A DNA stretch of 64,000 nucleotides from Bacillota bacterium (GTDB lineage: Bacteria > Bacillota > Limnochordia > Limnochordales > ZCTH02-B6), in contig JACDOI010000005.1 in the NCBI GenBank assembly GCA_017656145.1, positions 12,941 through 76,940 of the forward strand. The letters are read 5' to 3'. Made by a program: the position numbers and the translations under genes. This document shows positions 58,701 to 64,000 of the stretch, piece after piece. The notes under the pieces are model-generated. The model made no database searches. It worked only from the letters and a program-made list of their open reading frames with translations, and was not told the origin of the DNA. The number at the start of each line of letters is the position of its first letter. The first letter of the stretch is position 1.

Positions 58701-59264
58701 GAAGCTGATCAGCCGGCCGCCCCGCACTTCCCGGACATCCCAGGTCATGACCTCGCCTTCGACCACAACTTCCGGCACCGGTTCCGTGATCGACGAAAGC
58801 GGCACGACATCCCCCGTCACCGCCCGGCCCAAGAGCACAGGGCTGTCTTCGTTCTTGCCCGCTGGAGCGTCCGACCCCGCGGCGTTTACCTCCTCAGGGG
58901 CTGCCGCCATCGCCAGCAGTCGCTCGATATAGGCGTCGTCGTCTTGCAGTGACGGAGCGGTTTCCGGCTCAAGGCCATCGGCCGGGCCGGACTGGCCGGC
59001 GGCCCCGGGGGTTGCCGGCAAAAACCGGACACGGTTGATGTCGGGTACAAGCGCTTCGATTCGCTCCTCGATGGGCTTCAAGATCGCGGGAGAGAACCCG
59101 GCGTCGCTGGCATCGACGTAGATCAGCCACTCCCGGCGGAGAGTATCCACTTCAACCCGCTCCAGCCGGACCCGTGCGAGCCATTCTCGACCCGCCTCGG
59201 GAAGTTCACCCGCGGCTTCCTTGAGAAGCCGGGCATCGCCGGGTTCAATGACGAAAATTCCCAT
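55791..59264 (-). CDS. polC: DNA polymerase III alpha subunit, PolC type, lacking the internal DEDD 3'-5' exonuclease domain
   Basis: 1157 aa. PolC N-domain/OB, PHP (VELHMHTKMSSLDG, AVTDHG), Zn-finger region (HYVCPSCQ...CPRCG), palm (GDKVPDIDLNFSGEYQ) and HhH tail. At IYGIEGYLVDD-PEARSRS-YHIIILARN the PHP halves are joined directly. ATG start with GAGGTG RBS. Confidence 0.93.
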   Translation of the reverse strand: MGIFVIEPGDARLLKEAAGELPEAGREWLARVRLERVEVDTLRREWLIYVDASDAGFSPAILKPIEERIEALVPDINRVRFLPATPGAAGQSGPADGLEPETAPSLQDDDAYIERLLAMAAAPEEVNAAGSDAPAGKNEDSPVLLGRAVTGDVVPLSSITEPVPEVVVEGEVMTWDVREVRGGRLISFDITDRTDSITVKLFARGEAVLADPLPAGTAVRIRGRVEFDRFARELVLSAKDIMRTEPRARIDDWPEKRVELHMHTKMSSLDGAADVAAAIRQAAAWGHRAVAVTDHGVIHAFPEAHQAAAASGIKLIYGIEGYLVDDPEARSRSYHIIILARNKRGLRNLYELVSLSHLRYFYRNPRIPRDELARRREGLIVGSACEAGELYQAILSGEPWEKLLERARFYDYLEIQPRDNNRFLIGEGKVKGEDDLLEINRRIVKLGEELGLPVVATSDAHFIHPEDDIFRRILMAGHGFSTAERPTPLYLRTTREMLEEFAYLGDEKAREVVIVNPNRIADRCESMEPVPPGLHTPDVPEAADTIAAMARQRARARYGDPLPEIVETRLERELKAIIDNGFAPLYYIAHKLVRKSLEDGYLVGSRGSVGSSLVATMCGITEVNPLPPHYVCPSCQWTQFFTDGRYGCGIDLPARECPRCGQSLEKDGFDIPFETFMGFHGDKVPDIDLNFSGEYQAEAHKYAEELLGKENVYRAGTTATLAERTAYGYVRKFLEAQGREARAAEVNRLVRGCSGVRRTTGQHPGGLIVVPRGRDIHEFTPVQYPANDRDAGVVTTHFDFHALHDNLVKLDILGHDDPTVLRMLQDMTGVDVRRIPLDDPDTMAIFRDVTSLGLRPGEAGTNVGTLGVPEFGTRFVRQMLEETRPRTFAELVRISGLSHGTNVWTNNAQDLIRRGIATLPEVIATRDDIMTYLIQRGIESGAAFRIMEQVRKGKGLKPEDEELMRRHGLPEWYIESCQKISYMFPKAHAAAYVMMAFRIAYFKVHYPEAFYASYLSVRAEEYDAQLVIEGREAMRRAMEAVERKGPEATAREKNLVTILEIVLEAMARGISFRRVHLYESDPRRFRITPQGLLPPLMALAGVGASAADSIAAARKEGPFTSMEDLRRRAGVSRSVVDALRQHGALDGLPETDQLTLF

Positions 59265-59286
59265 ATGAGCACCTCACGGTGGGACG

Positions 59287-59910
59287 TTACCGGTACGACT
59301 TGATGATCTCCCAATACATCTTCATCCGGGCGCGAAATCCCCGCCATACCCCGGCCTTTTCTTCCTTCATGACTTGAGCCAGTCCCGGCAGCCGGACCTT
59401 GACCACGCGAAAGCCTTGCCGGTCGGCGTAACGGGACAACGCCACCTCGACCCCGAAACGGCTTTGCGCCAGTTCGGGGACTCCCTCCAGAATTTCTCGG
59501 CGAACCGCCCGCTGGCCCGAGAGAACAGGCATCAGCCTTTGGGCCAGGTCCGTCGCGAACCGTCCGTGATCGAAGACACCCAGCGACATGTCGGCCCGGC
59601 CGCTTGTTACCGGCTCAAGCAGCGACCGGATGTGACTCGTTCGCAAGCCGACCAGATCGGCATCGAGGAACAGGATGATGTCCGCGTCGGTTGCATTGAC
59701 CCCCGCCATCATGGCGCCGCCCTTGCCGACGTTGGTGGCGAGCTCCACCACCTGGACCGGAAACCGGCGGGCCACCGCGGCCGTGTCGTCTTCGCATCCG
59801 TCGCAGACGACGATGACCTCGTGGACGAATCGGCACCGGGTCGCCCGGCGCAGCACCCGGGCGATGTTGTCAGCCTCATTGTAGGCGGGAATGACGATGG
59901 CAACCTTCAC
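59287..59910 (-). CDS. family 2 glycosyltransferase
   Basis: VAIVIPAYNEADNI, DGCEDDT (DxD-like) and FLDADL. GTG at 59910 after GGGGAG; the track start at 59970 overlaps proS. Confidence 0.85.
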   Translation of the reverse strand: MKVAIVIPAYNEADNIARVLRRATRCRFVHEVIVVCDGCEDDTAAVARRFPVQVVELATNVGKGGAMMAGVNATDADIILFLDADLVGLRTSHIRSLLEPVTSGRADMSLGVFDHGRFATDLAQRLMPVLSGQRAVRREILEGVPELAQSRFGVEVALSRYADRQGFRVVKVRLPGLAQVMKEEKAGVWRGFRARMKMYWEIIKSYR

Positions 59911-59939
59911 GGCTACCCATCTCCCCTGCCTCGATGCCT

Positions 59940-61664
59940 TTAGGGCCGGGGAATGGCCGCCTCCAGCCACGCCTTGGCCGCGCCTGCCGTCTCAGGCAGC
60001 GCAACCCGCTCATCATAACTTCCGTCGCGGCTTTTCAGTTCCACCGACCCTTCGGCCAGCGCCCTGGGCCCGACCGTAATCCGCAGCGGAAAGCCGATCA
60101 AGTCGGCGTCCTTAAACTTGACGCCCGCCCGTTCGGGCCGATCGTCCAGCACCGTTTCCACACCGGCCGCGCTGAGTTCCCGGTACAGTTGCTCGGCTGC
60201 CTGCCGCTGCCGCTCGTCCTCGTATTTGACCGGAACGATGACGACGTGGTAGGGAGCCACCGACACCGGCCAGCGAATGCCGTTTTCGTCGTGGTGCTGC
60301 TCGATGATCGCGGCCATGGTGCGGCTGATGCCGATGCCGTAGCATCCCATGACCACAGGGTGCGACTCGCCTCGCTCGTCCAAGTACGTGGCACCCAAGA
60401 CCTCCGAGTACTTGGTGCCCAGCTTGAAGATCTGGCCCACCTCGATCCCGCGGGCCGCGGCCAACGGCGCCCCGCAGCGGGGGCAAGGGTCGCCCGGCGC
60501 AGCCGTCCGGATGTCCGCGATCACATCGGCTTGCCAGTCCCGCCCCGGCTCCACGTGGATAAGGTGCTCATCCGCCGCGTTAGCGCCAGCCACCCCGTCG
60601 CGCACGCGGGCGGCCCACGGGTCGGCGACGATGCGCACGCCTGACAAGCCGGCGGGCCCGGCGAAGCCCACCGGAGCCCCGGTCACCCGTTCGATGACGG
60701 CGGCCGAGGCCATGGCCACCGAGGTTGCGCCGAGCGCTCGCTTGAGCTTGACTTCATTGAGCTCATGATCGCCCCGGACGACCGCTGCGACCGGTTCGCC
60801 GTCGGCTTCGTAGATCAATGTCTTGAGCAAACGGTCCGCGGGCACGCCCAAAAACCGGGTCAGCTCGTCGATGGTCCGCACGCTTGGGGTGGCAACCCGC
60901 TCGGCCGCCGGCACCGGTTTGTCCGGCTCATCCCCCGGCGGCGGCGGGACGCACTCGGCCTTTTCCGTATTGGCCGCATACGCGCATTGCGGGCAGTGGA
61001 CGACCGCAGCCTCGCCGGCTTCGGCCAACACCATGAACTCATGGGTCACATTGCCGCCGATGGCCCCCGGGTCCGCTTCCACCGCCCGGACGTCAAGCCC
61101 CATGCGCTGGAACGCCCGGGTGTAGGCGTCGTACATCTTGGCGTAGCTTTCGTCCAATCCCGCCTCGTCCCGGTCGAACGAATACAAGTCCTTCATGATG
61201 AACTCCCGGCCCCGCATCACGCCGAACCGGGGCCGGATTTCGTCCCGGTACTTGTTGGCGATCTGGTAGAGCAAAAGCGGCAGCTGGCGATACGACCGGA
61301 CTTCTGCCCGTACCAGGGCGGTGATCAGCTCTTCGTGGGTGGGGCCGAGGCAAAACTCCCGCCCGTGGCGGTCCTTCAACCGGAACATCTCGTCGCCGTA
61401 TTCGGTCCATCGGCCCGTCTCCCGCCACAGCTCCGCCGGTTGAACGATGGGCATCAAGAGCTCTTGACCGCCTTTGTTGTCCATTTCCTCCCGCACAATG
61501 TTCATGATCTTTTGCAGCACCCGCCATCCCAAAGGCAGGTACGTGTACATGCCGGCGGCCGTCTTGCGCAACAGCCCCGCCCGCAACATGAGCTGATGGC
61601 TGACGATCTCCGCTTCCCCGGGCGTCTCGCGCAGCGTCGGCGCGAGCAGCTGGGACATGCGCAT
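59940..61664 (-). CDS. proS: proline--tRNA ligase (bacterial type with INS editing domain)
   Basis: [51 protein letters not shown] and [12 protein letters not shown] at 61664 with AAGGAGG 7 nt upstream. The 131-codon extension in the track is out-of-frame rseP sequence. Confidence 0.95.
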   Translation of the reverse strand: MRMSQLLAPTLRETPGEAEIVSHQLMLRAGLLRKTAAGMYTYLPLGWRVLQKIMNIVREEMDNKGGQELLMPIVQPAELWRETGRWTEYGDEMFRLKDRHGREFCLGPTHEELITALVRAEVRSYRQLPLLLYQIANKYRDEIRPRFGVMRGREFIMKDLYSFDRDEAGLDESYAKMYDAYTRAFQRMGLDVRAVEADPGAIGGNVTHEFMVLAEAGEAAVVHCPQCAYAANTEKAECVPPPPGDEPDKPVPAAERVATPSVRTIDELTRFLGVPADRLLKTLIYEADGEPVAAVVRGDHELNEVKLKRALGATSVAMASAAVIERVTGAPVGFAGPAGLSGVRIVADPWAARVRDGVAGANAADEHLIHVEPGRDWQADVIADIRTAAPGDPCPRCGAPLAAARGIEVGQIFKLGTKYSEVLGATYLDERGESHPVVMGCYGIGISRTMAAIIEQHHDENGIRWPVSVAPYHVVIVPVKYEDERQRQAAEQLYRELSAAGVETVLDDRPERAGVKFKDADLIGFPLRITVGPRALAEGSVELKSRDGSYDERVALPETAGAAKAWLEAAIPRP

Positions 61665-61693
61665 GGAACATCCTCCTTGATCGGCCGGGTCCT

Positions 61694-62782
61694 TCACCCG
61701 AACAAACGCGTGAGATCCAGGTAGAACACGAACGCCATCAAGGCCAACAGCACCGTCAAACCGACAAACTGGGCCACCCCCTGGTGCTCGGGGGCCAGGG
61801 GCTTGCCCCGCACCGCTTCGATGAGCAGAAACAACAGCCAGCCCCCGTCCAGCACCGGAATGGGCAGCAAGTTGACCAGCGCCAAGTTGACGTTTAGGAC
61901 CGCCGTGAACAACAAGAGATATCCGATGCCCGACCGGGCCGACTCGCCCAACCCTACGACGATGCCGATAGGCCCTGCGACGCTGTCCCGCACTTGCTCG
62001 GCAGGGGTCTGGCCGGAGACAATGCCGCCCAGCCATCGGATGAGCGACCACGTCCACTGAGCCGTGTCCCGCACAGCCTGCACGACGGACTGCCCGATGG
62101 GCAGCCGTTCTTTCCCGGCCGTGGCTCCGCCCATCACGGTCACACCGATGAGCACCCGTCCCGTTTGGGGATCCCTGGCCGCGAGCACCGGCACCCGCAG
62201 CTCGCGGCCGTCCCGCTCGATCACGATCTCCACCGTTTGGTCCGGAAACTGCTGTAACGTGCCGGTCAAGTCGGCCAGGTTGTGGACCGGGTTGCCCTCC
62301 ACCGCGATGATTCGATCACCTGGGAGAATCCCCGCGGCCTGCGCGGGACTCCCCGGCAAAACGTCGGCCACCTTGAACGGCACTTCAACGGCCGCGTAAA
62401 ACACGATCAAAAGGACGACCGCCAGCGCGAAATTGGCCAAGGGCCCAGCGGCGATGGTGGCCATTCGCTGCCACAGCGGCTTGTTCTGGAAGTTGCGGTG
62501 ATCCTCAGGGTCGATCTCCTCCGCCGGGTCTACCGCCGCGTCCATTCCGGCCAGTTTCACAAACCCGCCCAGCGGAAAGATCCGCAGCGAGTAGCGGGTT
62601 TCGCCCCGCTTCCACTGGAAAACCGCCCGGCCGAAGCCGATGGCGAACTCGTGCACTTTCACGCCCACCCGGCGGGCGACGAGAAAATGCCCCAGTTCAT
62701 GAACGAGAACGATGGTCCCGAACACGACCGCGAACGGCAACACCCAGCCGGCAAACAAATCCCACAGGGTCGTGGCGTTCAA
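61694..62782 (-). CDS. rseP: RIP site-2 metalloprotease RseP/RasP
   Basis: [10 protein letters not shown] (HExxH), a PDZ domain ([20 protein letters not shown]) and [14 protein letters not shown] at 62782 has GGGGGAGAG 6 nt upstream; the track start at 62800 lacks an RBS. Confidence 0.93.
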   Translation of the reverse strand: MNATTLWDLFAGWVLPFAVVFGTIVLVHELGHFLVARRVGVKVHEFAIGFGRAVFQWKRGETRYSLRIFPLGGFVKLAGMDAAVDPAEEIDPEDHRNFQNKPLWQRMATIAAGPLANFALAVVLLIVFYAAVEVPFKVADVLPGSPAQAAGILPGDRIIAVEGNPVHNLADLTGTLQQFPDQTVEIVIERDGRELRVPVLAARDPQTGRVLIGVTVMGGATAGKERLPIGQSVVQAVRDTAQWTWSLIRWLGGIVSGQTPAEQVRDSVAGPIGIVVGLGESARSGIGYLLLFTAVLNVNLALVNLLPIPVLDGGWLLFLLIEAVRGKPLAPEHQGVAQFVGLTVLLALMAFVFYLDLTRLFG

Positions 62783-62806
62783 CGTCAGCTCTCCCCCCAA
62801 TGGACC

Positions 62807-63982
62807 CTACAGGGCGGCCGCGGCGCTGACCGTCCGGGCTCGCCGGCGAGCCCACTCGTCAGCGGCGACGATGGACTCCAGCGTCGCCCGCTCCACCCGG
62901 TGATCGCTCATCACGCCGGCGACGATCCGGGCAATGTCCGTAAAACGGATCTGGCGGCGGAGAAACATCTCCACGGCCTCTTCGTTGGCCGCGTTGAGCA
63001 CTGCGGGCATGGTACCCCCGACCTTGGCTGCCTCGTAGGCCAGCTCCAGCGCCGGGAACCGCTGCCGGTCCGGCTCCTCAAAGGTCAAGTTCCCCACTTG
63101 GGCCAAAGACAACCGGCGGACCGGCGACGAAAGCCGCCGGGGGTACAGCAATGCGTACTGGATCGGGATGCGCATATCCGTCGGCCCGAGATGGGCCAGG
63201 ATCGACCCGTCCACGAGCTCCACGCACGAATGAACGATGCTTTGCGGATGGATGACGACCTCGATCCGGTCCAACGGCGTCCCGAATAGCCAATGGGCTT
63301 CGATGACTTCGAGCCCTTTGTTCATCAACGTCGCCGAGTCGATGGTGACCTTGGCTCCCATCCGCCACGTCGGATGCCGCAGCGCCTGCTCCGGCGTGAC
63401 GCTCGGCAGCGCCTCGGCGGGCGTTTGGCGAAACGGCCCGCCCGAAGCGGTCAAAATGAGCCGGAAGACCGCTTCGGTCTCCTCGCCCTTAAGACACTGG
63501 AAGATGGCGCTGTGCTCGCTGTCCACGGGCAACACCCGCGCACCCGACTTGCGGGCGGCTTCCATGATCAGCGAGCCGCCGGCGACCAGGACCTCTTTCG
63601 TGGCCAGGGCCACATCTTTGCCCGCCCGGATCGCAGCCAGCGTCGGCAACAGCGCGCCCGCGCCCGGCATGGCCATCACCACCAGGTCGACGCTGGGGCG
63701 GGTCACCAGTTCTACCAACGCCTCGCGTCCGGACGCGACCGTGATCCGATCGTCCCCGAGCCCCTCTTTGACCGCCTTCGCGGCTGTCGCATCGGCCATG
63801 ACTACGTGGCGGACATGCTTCCGGACGAATTCCGGCTTGAGCTCGGCAAGCAGTGCCTCGGCCCGCCGTCCCCCGGCTAAACCGACAACCCGCACCATTT
63901 CCGGGTGGTGCCGCGCCACTGCCAGCGTCTGGCGGCCGATGGATCCCGAGGCCCCCACGATCACGATGGATTTCGGCTTCAA
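62807..63982 (-). CDS. dxr: 1-deoxy-D-xylulose 5-phosphate reductoisomerase
   Basis: 391 aa with IVIVGASGSIGRQTL, LPVDSEHSAIFQCL and HPTWRMG. TTG start with GGAGGTGG RBS. Confidence 0.95.
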   Translation of the reverse strand: MKPKSIVIVGASGSIGRQTLAVARHHPEMVRVVGLAGGRRAEALLAELKPEFVRKHVRHVVMADATAAKAVKEGLGDDRITVASGREALVELVTRPSVDLVVMAMPGAGALLPTLAAIRAGKDVALATKEVLVAGGSLIMEAARKSGARVLPVDSEHSAIFQCLKGEETEAVFRLILTASGGPFRQTPAEALPSVTPEQALRHPTWRMGAKVTIDSATLMNKGLEVIEAHWLFGTPLDRIEVVIHPQSIVHSCVELVDGSILAHLGPTDMRIPIQYALLYPRRLSSPVRRLSLAQVGNLTFEEPDRQRFPALELAYEAAKVGGTMPAVLNAANEEAVEMFLRRQIRFTDIARIVAGVMSDHRVERATLESIVAADEWARRRARTVSAAAAL

Positions 63983-64000
63983 TCCGCCACCTCCGTGTCG

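Overview
GC-rich (strong third-position GC bias) core-genome window from an endospore-forming Bacillota-type bacterium. Every confident gene except lexA is on the minus strand. Gene order parallels known Bacillus subtilis blocks: dxr-rseP-proS-polC-rimP-nusA-ylxR-ylxQ-infB-ylxP-rbfA-(nrnA)-truB-ribF-rpsO-pnp; spoIIM, deoB-pdp-dacF-spoIIAA-spoIIAB-sigF; miaB-mutS-mutL-(methyltransferase)-miaA-spoVK. Also present: a complete trpEGDCFBA operon, dapL-dapF, thiI plus a cysteine desulfurase, sigH, speH, surE and lexA. I recognised no rRNA, tRNA, CRISPR array or mobile element. Many genes are chained by 4-nt stop/start overlaps (ATGA, GTGA, once CTGA). The ORF track counts GTG/TTG as M and often over-extends N-termini, so several starts were re-assigned from RBS spacing and homology. 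Long plus-strand ORFs are mirror-frame artefacts of GC-rich coding DNA. Main second-look items: (1) an exbB-exbD-tonB-like operon that continues into a secreted CARDB/cohesin-like protein and an SLH coiled-coil tail-anchored protein, with Tol-Pal-like gene logic and no barrel receptor; (2) a PolC that lacks the internal DEDD proofreading exonuclease domain; (3) a trp leader with a (G/U)AG triplet array typical of TRAP attenuation, a terminator and an SD-sequestering hairpin; (4) a GTPase / mini-UbiA-like / small membrane protein cassette chained between spoVK and dapF; (5) an EndoQ-like gene whose catalytic HxH motif is only encoded if translation starts at a CTG overlapping the upstream stop.
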